DNA of 64,000 nucleotides from a virus, in IMG/VR virus record IMGVR_UViG_3300020180_000015, positions 1 to 64,000 of that record; one strand, written 5' to 3'. Shown here in pieces: positions 45,219 to 54,539 of this stretch; the first letter of the stretch is position 1; each line of letters starts with the position of its first letter. The position numbers were made by a program, and so were the translations under genes. The notes beneath the pieces were generated by a model. That model saw only the letters and a program-made list of their open reading frames with translations. It was not told the origin of the DNA and did no database searches.

Positions 45219-48187
45219 TGGGGTTGTTAAACGAGATAGGGCAAGTTTACGGCGACGGCGTGAAGGCTGCTGTGAAGTCGCTGAGTAATCTACCGCGCCG
45301 TCCGGCGGCGACACGCTACCAGCGTCAAGCGCCGTTTGTGCGCGGCGCTCCTGCTCGGCGGCAGCAGTCGTTGATCATCAATGACGAACTGCAGCACGCG
45401 GTCAAGTCCGTCTCGTATAGCGATTTCATAAACGACTTCATAAATGCCGAAGGTACGAACTGGCGGAACAATTACTCCGAACAGCAGATCGAGTCGGCGT
45501 ATGCCACGTCGGTTTACCTGTTTGCGGCGATGCGCCGCGTGGCGAACCTGTTCTCCATGGTGCGCTTTGTCGCCGAAGTCGACAAGGGCGGCGATTGGCA
45601 GCGGCTGCCAGATACTCACCACTTAAATAAAATATTCACAGTCGCCGGCGCACGGTTCATGTACCACCTGTATATGTATTACGCGCTCTACGGCACGACG
45701 CTTGTTTATAAACGCAAGACCCGTAAGGCACTCGCCGCCTACCAGCGTGGCAAACTAATCAGCGGGTATTTGGAGGGCGGGATCGCAGGATTATCGGTCA
45801 TCCCTAATTCGCGCTGGGAGATATTCGAGGACGAGTATCAGGGCGAGATTCAGGGATTTAGCCTGAACGAGCCGATGGGCGAACTGAAGGCGGGGATGCG
45901 GGATCGGGACGAGTTCGTGTACATCCACGACTTTGACCCGCGCTTTTTGAACAACGGCATCTCGATGGTAAGTCTAGCGATCAACAACGCGATCACCAAT
46001 GCCGCCATCGCACGATGGGCGGCACACTACTTTATGTCCGGCGCTATGCCGCTGCTGCTCATCAGCACTGAAGAAGACCCGGCGATGCAGACCGAAGCGG
46101 ACTTGATCCGGCAAAAGAATTTTATCGAGCGGGCGTGGCAAGGGTTGTTCGGCAAGTTTGCGATGCGTGCCGTATTCACGGATCGCAAACTGAACGTGCA
46201 GCAAGCCGGGATTGATGCCGAGAAAGTTCAAGCACCGGATTTGAACCGTGACTCATTGAACGCCATCGCTTCGGTATTCCAGATCGCGCCGGATTTAATC
46301 GTCCCGCCCGAAGGCGGCAGCGACAACGCACGGCATAAGTTCCTCATGATGGATGCATTTCGTTCGGCGATCCTGCCTGTCGCATGGCAGATGACAGACG
46401 TATTCAATGCCGACATGGGGCTGCACGATGCGAACGTGCGGATCGTGGTCGCAGAAGATGAGATCACGGCGCTGGATGCAGATCGCGCCGACAATGCGAC
46501 CACTGAAACAGGGCTGTTTACCTCCGGTATCCAGACGTTCGGGGAAACCCGTGACCAGATGCGCTTCAAGCCATCGCCGGGACTCAAGCTGCTGGAGAGC
46601 TTTATCAATATCAATGGGCGGCTTCAGTCGGTTGAGCGAGTCCTGCGGGATGACCAACTGCCAAGCGACTTTATCATGCAGTACGCGCCGACTGCGTGGG
46701 ATGCCGGGATCGTCAAGCGTTCCGAAGTGCGAAAGCTAATGTTTAATCTGCCGACGCCTGCCGCTGAGGACGGGTACAAGTATGAAGTAGTGCCAGACCC
46801 ATCGGCGGGCGGCGGCTTCGGCGGAGGTGGTACGCCGTCACCAGAACCGCCTGAAAACGGCGGAGGTTCGCTTCCTGCGGGTGATCGTCCCCAACTGCCC
46901 GGCAAAACGCCACAGGGCGGCACGGTCGCGCCGACGGTCGCTCCGACGGACGGTGACAAGGCAGTCGATCAAAATCGTCAAATTGTCGATTTTGCCGGGA
47001 TCGAAAGCGCCGAGACGGATGGGCGGATCATCCCGGTGACTCCGGTTGCGCGTTTGACGGCGAGTGCCACACAGCAGCATTCGGCATGTGCGTTACTCAT
47101 GATCGGCGACGACCCACTGATCCAGACGGTTGCCACGCAGTTAGAGATCATGCTCGACGGCGTCCCTGCTATTTGGCAAGACCCTGAAACGTATCACTGT
47201 ACCCTCGTTTACAGTGATCATGCGACGGACGACCAGATCGCGGCGGCGCAGAAACTTATGCCGGAATACATGCCGGACATCACTTTGCGCGTGGATGGGT
47301 TGATCACGTTTGAGACGCAGGATGGTTTGTGCATCGCGCTGCGTGTGGATACGACGCAGGGATTGGAAGGGTTGCAGAGCCACACTCGCACGTCGTTCAG
47401 TAACGCGGCGCTGCCGATTTCGCCTTACTCTGCTTCGGGGGCGTATATGCCACATATCACGCTGTGCTATGTGCCGGACGAGACTCCCGTGCCGGAATTC
47501 ACCTGCGCGATCAGCGTCGTGCCGCAGTGTATCCAAGTCACCCGCGACGAGTACAAAGTGGTCTTTGAACTGCCGTCGATCCGCGAGGCAGCGGGGGACG
47601 ACCCGAACCACGCGCACAACCGACAGATGCTGATCGACGACGCCGAGATTACACGGCAGTTCGTGCAGTCGGCGCTGCGGACATGGCGCGATACGGGGGA
47701 GCCGGGTCCCGGCTTGAGCGACGCGGTCAAGAACGTGGTACGTGAAGCACTGGCGCAGGATGCGGCGATGGCGTGGGACGCCGCGCTGAAGGCGTGCGAT
47801 GACGGGTACTTTGACGACAGCGCCGATTTGACGGACGGGCATAATCCGATATTGGGTGTAATGGCAAAGGCGAAACTAGCGATGCAGGAAACACCTGAAG
47901 CCGAACTGGATGCGTGGGAACGCTCCGCGTTCCGTAATGGGGTATCGAAGGCGGCGAGTCGGTTTGAAGTGAACCTGCTACCATTGGCGCTTGAGCAGAC
48001 GGTGAAGGCGAGACTTGCCGATGTCAAAACGAAAACGGAAATCAAACTCGTGTTCAATGACGCCCGTGCCGCACTCGCCGAGAGTGCGCCGAAGGCAGTG
48101 GACGAGGACTCGCTGATGGCATGGGCGGAACGGGTCGCCGGGATGGACGGGTTGGGCGACTTGCTCGACGATGACTTGACTTCCTAA
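45218..48187 (+). CDS. Portal protein with C-terminal 2H phosphoesterase (Acb1/LigT-like) domain
   Basis: Portal core (SAYATSVYLFAAMRRVAN, HYFMSGAMP, IASVFQIAPDLI); Gly/Pro linker; YHCTLVY and PHITLCY HxT motifs. Confidence 0.85.
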   Translation: MGLLNEIGQVYGDGVKAAVKSLSNLPRRPAATRYQRQAPFVRGAPARRQQSLIINDELQHAVKSVSYSDFINDFINAEGTNWRNNYSEQQIESAYATSVYLFAAMRRVANLFSMVRFVAEVDKGGDWQRLPDTHHLNKIFTVAGARFMYHLYMYYALYGTTLVYKRKTRKALAAYQRGKLISGYLEGGIAGLSVIPNSRWEIFEDEYQGEIQGFSLNEPMGELKAGMRDRDEFVYIHDFDPRFLNNGISMVSLAINNAITNAAIARWAAHYFMSGAMPLLLISTEEDPAMQTEADLIRQKNFIERAWQGLFGKFAMRAVFTDRKLNVQQAGIDAEKVQAPDLNRDSLNAIASVFQIAPDLIVPPEGGSDNARHKFLMMDAFRSAILPVAWQMTDVFNADMGLHDANVRIVVAEDEITALDADRADNATTETGLFTSGIQTFGETRDQMRFKPSPGLKLLESFININGRLQSVERVLRDDQLPSDFIMQYAPTAWDAGIVKRSEVRKLMFNLPTPAAEDGYKYEVVPDPSAGGGFGGGGTPSPEPPENGGGSLPAGDRPQLPGKTPQGGTVAPTVAPTDGDKAVDQNRQIVDFAGIESAETDGRIIPVTPVARLTASATQQHSACALLMIGDDPLIQTVATQLEIMLDGVPAIWQDPETYHCTLVYSDHATDDQIAAAQKLMPEYMPDITLRVDGLITFETQDGLCIALRVDTTQGLEGLQSHTRTSFSNAALPISPYSASGAYMPHITLCYVPDETPVPEFTCAISVVPQCIQVTRDEYKVVFELPSIREAAGDDPNHAHNRQMLIDDAEITRQFVQSALRTWRDTGEPGPGLSDAVKNVVREALAQDAAMAWDAALKACDDGYFDDSADLTDGHNPILGVMAKAKLAMQETPEAELDAWERSAFRNGVSKAASRFEVNLLPLALEQTVKARLADVKTKTEIKLVFNDARAALAESAPKAVDEDSLMAWAERVAGMDGLGDLLDDDLTS

Positions 48188-48204
48188 TCTTTCGAGTTAA
48201 GATG
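48177..48204 (+). promoter_or_regulatory. Operator-class promoter of cassette gene
   Basis: TTGACT-N16-TAAGAT, closely similar to 55688/56188/58500. Confidence 0.7.
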
Positions 48205-48242
48205 TGTATCAATAGTGTGCTGAAAAGCGAAAGGGAAATACG

Positions 48243-48644
48243 ATGGTCACAAAACGGCAATTGGCAATCAAGGCGGCACGAGTGCGTAGCCTGAAAACTG
48301 CGCCAGTCACGGCGGCATGGTTTAATCGTGCGGGCATCACGGTTGCGCGGATGCAGCGCACATGGGGTGCGCGGCAGGGGCTGGTGTGGGCGGATTTCGT
48401 TAGTATCTGGTCTCCAATTAACGGATACAGAAACGACCTACCGCCGAGCATCGTTCGTGCAGCCGGTCAACTGTACGACGTGGCTGCAAATCTGAACGGA
48501 CATCGCGCAGAGACCCAACCGCAGGGTTGGATGCCGGGGATGGTATTCCCGGCGGAAACCAGAAACTGGAAGCGGGTAGACGGATTACTCGCTCGGTTGA
48601 AGGCGGAACTTGCCGATGCCGCCGACACACTATCAAGCGGTTAA
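48243..48644 (+). CDS. Cassette gene with basic N-terminal tag (MVTKRQLAIKAA)
   Basis: Own promoter; N-terminus resembles MNRRQKVVIKAA cassettes. Confidence 0.65.
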   Translation: MVTKRQLAIKAARVRSLKTAPVTAAWFNRAGITVARMQRTWGARQGLVWADFVSIWSPINGYRNDLPPSIVRAAGQLYDVAANLNGHRAETQPQGWMPGMVFPAETRNWKRVDGLLARLKAELADAADTLSSG

Positions 48645-48721
48645 ACCCCGCCGTTCGTGCCTGTCCCGTAACGTGAAGCCCTGCTACGCTATCAGCAGGG
48701 CTTTTATATTGGGGCGGCGGC

Positions 48722-49510
48722 ATGGACGACATAGCGGTCAAAGGCATCATCGGCGATAAGGTACGCGACATCATCCGGCGGTTGGGGCAGGGGCTGAGGA
48801 ACATCCTTCCCCGCGAACCAACGCCAGAGGAGTCGGCGCGTTACCGCGAAAGTCGGCGACCCAGGTCGGAAGTCGAAGCCGAACAGCGGCAACAAGTCGC
48901 CATCGAAAAGATACGCCGATACCAAGTGGCGTTCAATGAGCAGGTGACGGCACTCGCCGCCCAGCTTGCCGCGAAGGACATCTCGCCGCAGGAGTTTCGT
49001 GCCATGATGCTAATCGAGATTCGATTCAACCTACTCACGGCGGCGGCGGCAGCGGCGGGGAGTATCGGAAGTCTATCACCGATGGATTTAAACCGCGTCG
49101 ATATGAGGGTGCGGGAACAGGCGCGGTTTCTCGACAACTGGATCGCGCAGATCGAACGGCAGCCGGATAAAGACTGGTCGCCGGGTGCGCTCGGCGTTCG
49201 CGCGCGGATGTACGCGGGCAGCGCCGAAACCCTAGCCGCCGAAACAGTCGACAAGAACGTGCATCGGGAGTTTCCCGATTTGCCGTTTTACCCGGCACAA
49301 AAAACGGCGTGCCGTGCGAACTGCCGCTGCCGCTGGGAGTGGCGGAGCGTGGATCGAGAGAAGGGCGACGCCGACGTGTACTGGCTGCTGGGAGTGGCGG
49401 AGCATTGCAAACAGTGCCTTGCCCGCGCCGATGTGTTCTCGCCGATGCAAATTAGAAACTGGAAGATCGTCAACATGCCGGCGGATATTCGTGACTTAAT
49501 CGTAGGGTAG
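48722..49510 (+). CDS. Head morphogenesis / minor capsid protein (MuF/gp7-like)
   Basis: Position after portal; CRANCRCRW and HCKQC motifs. Confidence 0.65.
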   Translation: MDDIAVKGIIGDKVRDIIRRLGQGLRNILPREPTPEESARYRESRRPRSEVEAEQRQQVAIEKIRRYQVAFNEQVTALAAQLAAKDISPQEFRAMMLIEIRFNLLTAAAAAAGSIGSLSPMDLNRVDMRVREQARFLDNWIAQIERQPDKDWSPGALGVRARMYAGSAETLAAETVDKNVHREFPDLPFYPAQKTACRANCRCRWEWRSVDREKGDADVYWLLGVAEHCKQCLARADVFSPMQIRNWKIVNMPADIRDLIVG

Positions 49511-49605
49511 GGCGGCAGATTTTCGCGTCGCGTTTGTGATAAACTGTGACAAGCCTTAACGATTAAGCGGACGATTGAGAGTGATAATCAACGAGTTTTA
49601 TTGCT

Positions 49606-50226
49606 ATGTCGCGTAACAAAAATGTTATCTCTAAAAACGTTCTTGAGGTCGGCAACCCCGACTCCCTGAAAAAGGCGGCGGATCGGGTCGGGCGGCAAGC
49701 GTCCGATTTGCGGCAGCATCTGCGTGTGGCTGTGCCGCAGACGGCGGGGGTGATTAGGACGCAAGTAGTGAAGCCCATGCTGGAGAAACTCGGCATTTAC
49801 CCGCCGCGCTGGATCGGCATGAAGATGCGTTGGAAGTCGGCAAAGCAGCGGCGCTACGTCATGATGAAATTACGCGCCGAAGGAAACCTGCCGCGCAAAC
49901 GGACGTTCAAACTGCGGCAGGGATGGGTATCGACCGTCGAGGTCGATACCAAAAACGGGGCAATTAAGGTGACGGTTGAGAATACGGCGACCTCGCCGGA
50001 CTCGCGGGGACGGATGACAAGGTATCAGCCTTTTGTATCAGGGGACATTGGACTCGGCGTGAGCCGCAGATCGATGCAGCGTTACGACAAACCGATACAG
50101 CCATTTCACAAGGATCGGGGTTGGAATCCCGCAGCACCGATCATTCAACAATACTACGCCTTATCAATAGACAAGGCGGAGGAGTTTCTAGGCAAGATTA
50201 TCATTCGCATCATCCGGAGGCAGTGA
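49606..50226 (+). CDS. Basic virion morphogenesis protein (HK97 gp10-like)
   Basis: RTFKLRQGW, Y.PFV, FH...GW pattern. Confidence 0.5.
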   Translation: MSRNKNVISKNVLEVGNPDSLKKAADRVGRQASDLRQHLRVAVPQTAGVIRTQVVKPMLEKLGIYPPRWIGMKMRWKSAKQRRYVMMKLRAEGNLPRKRTFKLRQGWVSTVEVDTKNGAIKVTVENTATSPDSRGRMTRYQPFVSGDIGLGVSRRSMQRYDKPIQPFHKDRGWNPAAPIIQQYYALSIDKAEEFLGKIIIRIIRRQ

Positions 50227-50227
50227 C

Positions 50228-50449
50228 ATGCAGCACACCGTTGACGACATGGCTAAACTGCTCGATACCCTACGCCGATCAACATTGGGTGAGATCAGTG
50301 CCATTGAACAAATTGATAAAGCAAACTACCCCGGCGATCTAGCCAAGTTCCTAGACGCATCGCGCCGCTCCAAACTGCAAATAGTCGCGCAGATCGACAG
50401 GATGCTCTACGGCAAACGGAAGGAGCGCCGCAAAAAGTCGAAGAATTGA
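50228..50449 (+). CDS. Hypothetical protein
   Basis: GGAGG RBS, operon order. Confidence 0.55.
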   Translation: MQHTVDDMAKLLDTLRRSTLGEISAIEQIDKANYPGDLAKFLDASRRSKLQIVAQIDRMLYGKRKERRKKSKN

Positions 50450-50520
50450 TCGTGCCTTGCTGTCTTGCCCTGAATTGTAGTACTCTGGCAGAGTAGGCTC
50501 ACACGTAGTTAACGTCCCAG

Positions 50521-50555
50521 CCCGCATGGAAACTTCCATGCGGGTTTTTTGTTTT
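50521..50555 (+). terminator. Intrinsic terminator between late promoter and capsid gene
   Basis: CCCGCATGGAA-ac-TTCCATGCGGG-TTTTTTGTTTT. Confidence 0.75.
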
Positions 50556-50567
50556 AGTCGAGGTGTC

Positions 50568-52916
50568 GTGACCGGAATTCTGCTCCATAAGGCGGGCGGC
50601 GCAATCAAATCCGTACAGCGCGGTAACGGGCTAATCGAGGGGTATTTGATCTCCTTCGGCGGACCCGCGGATACCGATCTGGAGGGGCAGTGGTTCACGC
50701 CACGCACAGACATCCGTGAGGACTATTTCCGCGACTATCCGATGCTGTTTCATCACGGCATGGATTCGGCAGTGGGGTTAGACCCCATTGGGCGGATTTT
50801 GCGGGTCGACAAAGACAACGTGGGATGGCACGCCAAAGCCCAGCTTGATCTTCACGATCAATACGGGCGGCAGGTGAGTGAACTGCTTGATCTTTACCCG
50901 TTGGGGTGGAGTAGCGGTTCAGTGGATCACCTTGTCGTAATTGCGGACACTGGCGAAATTCTGGTGTGGCCCCTCTTTGAGGGGACTGTCACGCCGACGC
51001 CGGCGCAGTCTCGCAAAACGTCGGTGCGGGCTTTGAAAGCGGTGTTAACTCGCGGTCAAACGGGAATTCCGAGAGGGCTTCGTGCTAGAGCGGATGCCGG
51101 GATCGCTGCCAATCTCGAAAGCAGTGGAGGAACGGTCATGGCGTTGAGCGCGCGTAGAAGCACGGCTCAGTACGTGAAGAGTGTACTTAAGAAGGCGGGG
51201 TTTAAACCGACCCCCGAAGAAGAGATGGCGATTGCTGCCGATCTCGAAAGCAGTGGAGGAACGGTCATGGCGTTGAGAGCGCGTAGAAGCACGGTTCAGT
51301 ACGTGAAGAGCGTACTCAAGAAGATGGGGTTTAAAGCGACCCCCGAAGAAGAGATGGCGATTGCTGCCGATCTCGAAGTACAGGATGCGATGCTGTCGGA
51401 TGATGAGTTTGGCGATGCAACGTTGGCGGATGATGAGTTTGACGATGCAATGATGTCGGATGATGAGTTCGGCGACGCGATGCTGTCGGATGATGAGTTC
51501 GGCGACGCGATGATGTCGGATGATGAGTTCGGCGACGCGATGCTGTCGGATGATGAGTTCGGCGACGCGATGCTGTCGGATGATGAGTTCGGCGACGCGA
51601 TGCTGTCGGATGATGAGTTCGGCGACGCGATGCTGTCGGATGATGAGTTCGATCCGGCGATGCTGAGTTACCGCAAGTCGCGCCGCCGGACAGCGCGTTC
51701 GCGTCAGAAGTCGATGACTGTGGATCAGTCGCAGGAGATCAACGCCATGAGGCGGCGCATCAATGCGTTGGAATTGCAAGAAGCGCCGGGGGAGCGGATG
51801 ATCGGTATGAAATCACTGCGTGTGACACGAGATCGGGCGGATCAGCCCGGTGCGTACAAGTCGGTATTCACCAAGTACATACGCTTCGGTGAGTTCCGCA
51901 TGAACGACGATGATCGCCGTACTCTGCGAAAAGGGCAGGTGGATTACGGTGCAGCCGACCGGGTGACGGGCGTCAAGGCTTTGACATCCAGCACATCGGG
52001 CAGCGTCGGGTTTTCCGTGCCGGACGACTTCATTGCGGAATTGAACCGCAACATCATGGTTGATGCAGTGACGGCGAATGAGTGTAAGCGCCGCACCACG
52101 ACCAGCGATACGGTCTTGATCCCCGATCTGCAGACGACTGATGCTCGCCGTGCGTATGCCGGGCGCACCACATGGATCGGCGAAACTGCCGCAAACCAAG
52201 CGGAGACGGATGTGACGCCGATCACAATGGGGCAGATTCAACTGCCGATTCACGTCTTACTCGTCTCGACCGTCGCATCACTTTCCAGTCTCGAAGATAG
52301 CGCGTTCGATTTACAGGCGTACATCACTGAGGCGTTCAGCGAAATGATCGCCATCGAACACGAAGAATTGATCTGGTCGGGCAACGGGCAGGGGAAGATG
52401 CGCGGCATCGTCACCGATACTCGCGTGACTGGCAGCGCGTCGACGGGTGTGTCCAGCGTGAGCGGATTCATCGCCAGCGGCAGCGCGGCGTCCATTGCCG
52501 ACGCCGACAAAATCCGGTCATTGACCATGCACTTGCCGCCTCAATACCGGGCGCGTGCCAAGTGGTACATGAACAGCAACACGGCAAACATCATCATGCA
52601 GTTGAAGGACGCGAACGGGCGTTATCTGTGGGGCGATGAACAGGGTTTGAATCAGGGTGCGCCAACCACACTCCTGAACAAGCCGATTGTGTTCAATGAA
52701 TGGGCATCGGACGTGGCGGCGGGAGCATTCCCGATCTTACTCGCCGATCTCAGTCGTGGGTACACCATCGCTAATCGTGTGGAATTCAGCGTCCGCCGCT
52801 TTGATGACAGCACCTATGCGGTACAAGACAACACGCTCGTGTTGGGGCGTGCGCGTATGGGCGGCATGGTCACACAGCCCATTGCTATCAAGGCACTGAA
52901 GATCGCCGTCAGCTAA
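50568..52916 (+). CDS. Prohead protease-scaffold-major capsid protein fusion (HK97 fold)
   Basis: Protease IEGYLISFG..DLEG, LFHHG, GWSSG, EGTVTPTPA; capsid GFSVPDDF, LEDSAFDLQAYI, GNGQGKMRGI, LKDANGRYLW; start at GTG 50568 by RBS. Confidence 0.92.
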   Translation: MTGILLHKAGGAIKSVQRGNGLIEGYLISFGGPADTDLEGQWFTPRTDIREDYFRDYPMLFHHGMDSAVGLDPIGRILRVDKDNVGWHAKAQLDLHDQYGRQVSELLDLYPLGWSSGSVDHLVVIADTGEILVWPLFEGTVTPTPAQSRKTSVRALKAVLTRGQTGIPRGLRARADAGIAANLESSGGTVMALSARRSTAQYVKSVLKKAGFKPTPEEEMAIAADLESSGGTVMALRARRSTVQYVKSVLKKMGFKATPEEEMAIAADLEVQDAMLSDDEFGDATLADDEFDDAMMSDDEFGDAMLSDDEFGDAMMSDDEFGDAMLSDDEFGDAMLSDDEFGDAMLSDDEFGDAMLSDDEFDPAMLSYRKSRRRTARSRQKSMTVDQSQEINAMRRRINALELQEAPGERMIGMKSLRVTRDRADQPGAYKSVFTKYIRFGEFRMNDDDRRTLRKGQVDYGAADRVTGVKALTSSTSGSVGFSVPDDFIAELNRNIMVDAVTANECKRRTTTSDTVLIPDLQTTDARRAYAGRTTWIGETAANQAETDVTPITMGQIQLPIHVLLVSTVASLSSLEDSAFDLQAYITEAFSEMIAIEHEELIWSGNGQGKMRGIVTDTRVTGSASTGVSSVSGFIASGSAASIADADKIRSLTMHLPPQYRARAKWYMNSNTANIIMQLKDANGRYLWGDEQGLNQGAPTTLLNKPIVFNEWASDVAAGAFPILLADLSRGYTIANRVEFSVRRFDDSTYAVQDNTLVLGRARMGGMVTQPIAIKALKIAVS
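51102..51377 (+). repeat. 129-bp tandem duplication, each unit with internal GGAGGA-N6-ATG
   Basis: Units start at 51102 and 51231 (partial third at 51360); in-frame ATGs at 51138 and 51267. Confidence 0.9.
51384..51668 (+). repeat. 30-bp tandem repeat x9.5 encoding DAMLSDDEFG
   Basis: Directly visible in DNA and protein. Confidence 0.95.
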
Positions 52917-52958
52917 GGCTGGGGTGATCTTCACCTTCCGAAAGGGGAGAGTAAAACA

Positions 52959-53363
52959 ATGCGAATGAGAACCTACAGTGACGAGGTCGCACCGAAGCTG
53001 CTGGCATCGGCATCCTCATCCACCTATACCCAAGTGTGGACAACCGTACTCGCCGACTGCGAACGAGTTGTCTATACCCTGATCGCACATGCGTCCTGTG
53101 ACGTGGCGTTTAACGTCCAGATTGCATCGGACTCCAGCGGCACGGGCGCGGCGTCCGTGACGACGACTATCACCGCGAACGCGGCATCCAAAATCCACAC
53201 CATCGAGATCAGTCCCGGCGCACTGACGACTGCCAAACAGCACGTCTCGGCGCTGGTGACCCGCACGGCGGGATCGTACACGCTGATCGAACAGCGATTC
53301 GATATGCGTATTTCGCCGCCGACTGCCGACTCGACAGTCGGGACTCAGTCCGAGGCGTACTAA
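52959..53363 (+). CDS. Putative head decoration/structural protein
   Basis: Follows the capsid gene; Ser/Thr/Ala-rich beta protein. Confidence 0.55.
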   Translation: MRMRTYSDEVAPKLLASASSSTYTQVWTTVLADCERVVYTLIAHASCDVAFNVQIASDSSGTGAASVTTTITANAASKIHTIEISPGALTTAKQHVSALVTRTAGSYTLIEQRFDMRISPPTADSTVGTQSEAY

Positions 53364-53417
53364 AGCGACAGGGCAGGGGTGTAACAACCCCTACCCCGCT
53401 TAAGGGAGGAATAAAAG

Positions 53418-54185
53418 ATGGCGAACACAAATATTGCATGGAATCAGGGCGGCAATCATGCGCTCCTCGGTGACGCGGCAGGGTTTCCGTCCGAACACAT
53501 TTGGAGCGATCAGCAGGGCGTCGCTGCGAACTCCGGTGCAGAGGGGTACGTCGGCTTCTGGGATGATTTTCTCGGTGACTTGATCGTTGACGAGTGGGCG
53601 GCGAACCTGAGCAGCAGCAGCACGGCGGCGATTAACGCGCAGACTCCCGGTGTGGCGCGTTTGACCACGCACACCGACGACAACGCCAATGCCACACTGG
53701 TACTTGGACTGCACTGGCTTGTCAGCAACGGATGGACGGTGTTTAAAGCGCGTGTGAAGAACGTCACGGCGATCACTGCCCGCGCCGTCGAGATCGGTCT
53801 GTCCGACGCGCTGTCGGATGCGAATGGGCAAGCCTTCACCAGTCACGATGAGACTCCGGTTGCAGTGGCGACCAATGCCGCTTTGTTCGGATTCAACGCA
53901 GACGACTCCATGACCACGTTCAGCGCCTGTTCGGTGAACGCCGATGTAGCCGCCGTGACGGTCAGTGCGGGGACTCCAGCGGCGACTTACACGAAGTACG
54001 AAATCCGCATCAGTGCGGCTGGGACGGCGTATTTCTTTGTGAACAATGTGAGAGTAGCGACTCATGCACTGGCTGTGGCGACAACCGCCGTGCTGACGCC
54101 GTGGATCAGTGTCACTAACTTGACTGCGGCAACCGCCCGAAGCATCGACGTGGATTACGTCGGCGTGTGGGGAGTGCGAGTCTAA
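53418..54185 (+). CDS. Virion structural protein (beta-sandwich)
   Basis: FWDDFLG...YEIRI....AYFFVNNV pattern; GGAGG RBS. Confidence 0.55.
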   Translation: MANTNIAWNQGGNHALLGDAAGFPSEHIWSDQQGVAANSGAEGYVGFWDDFLGDLIVDEWAANLSSSSTAAINAQTPGVARLTTHTDDNANATLVLGLHWLVSNGWTVFKARVKNVTAITARAVEIGLSDALSDANGQAFTSHDETPVAVATNAALFGFNADDSMTTFSACSVNADVAAVTVSAGTPAATYTKYEIRISAAGTAYFFVNNVRVATHALAVATTAVLTPWISVTNLTAATARSIDVDYVGVWGVRV

Positions 54186-54533
54186 ATGGACGCCGTGACG
54201 CTGCAAGACGCAACTGCGTATAATGCGTCAACACTCACCGGAACGACATTGCCCACACGTTTGTTCAACACGGCGCTCGTCTGGTTTACGCTAGGTGCTT
54301 CCTACGACGGCACGGCGACCTTTGAGATCAGCCCCGATAACGGAACAACGTGGTTCGGTATTCAAGCCGAGGCGTTGTCTGCCATTGGGACGTATGTTTC
54401 CGCACTCGCCCCTCCGACTGCGACGCCGCTGTACCGTATCCGCGTTCCTGCGGCAAGCGTGCTGCGCGTTCGCATGAGCGGTGGGTCGGTCGGAACACTT
54501 ACCGTGCAGGCATTGCTAACCTACGGACTCTAA
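54186..54533 (+). CDS. Virion structural protein
   Basis: ATFEISPDNGTTW...LRVR motif common in virion beta proteins. Confidence 0.55.
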   Translation: MDAVTLQDATAYNASTLTGTTLPTRLFNTALVWFTLGASYDGTATFEISPDNGTTWFGIQAEALSAIGTYVSALAPPTATPLYRIRVPAASVLRVRMSGGSVGTLTVQALLTYGL

Positions 54534-54539
54534 CCCACC

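Noticed and set aside
51384-51668. 30-bp repeats as CRISPR
   Set aside because: Head-to-tail with no spacers and in frame within the capsid precursor.
51045-51779. 244-aa minus-strand ORF with RQHRVAELII repeats
   Set aside because: Antisense shadow of the scaffold repeat.
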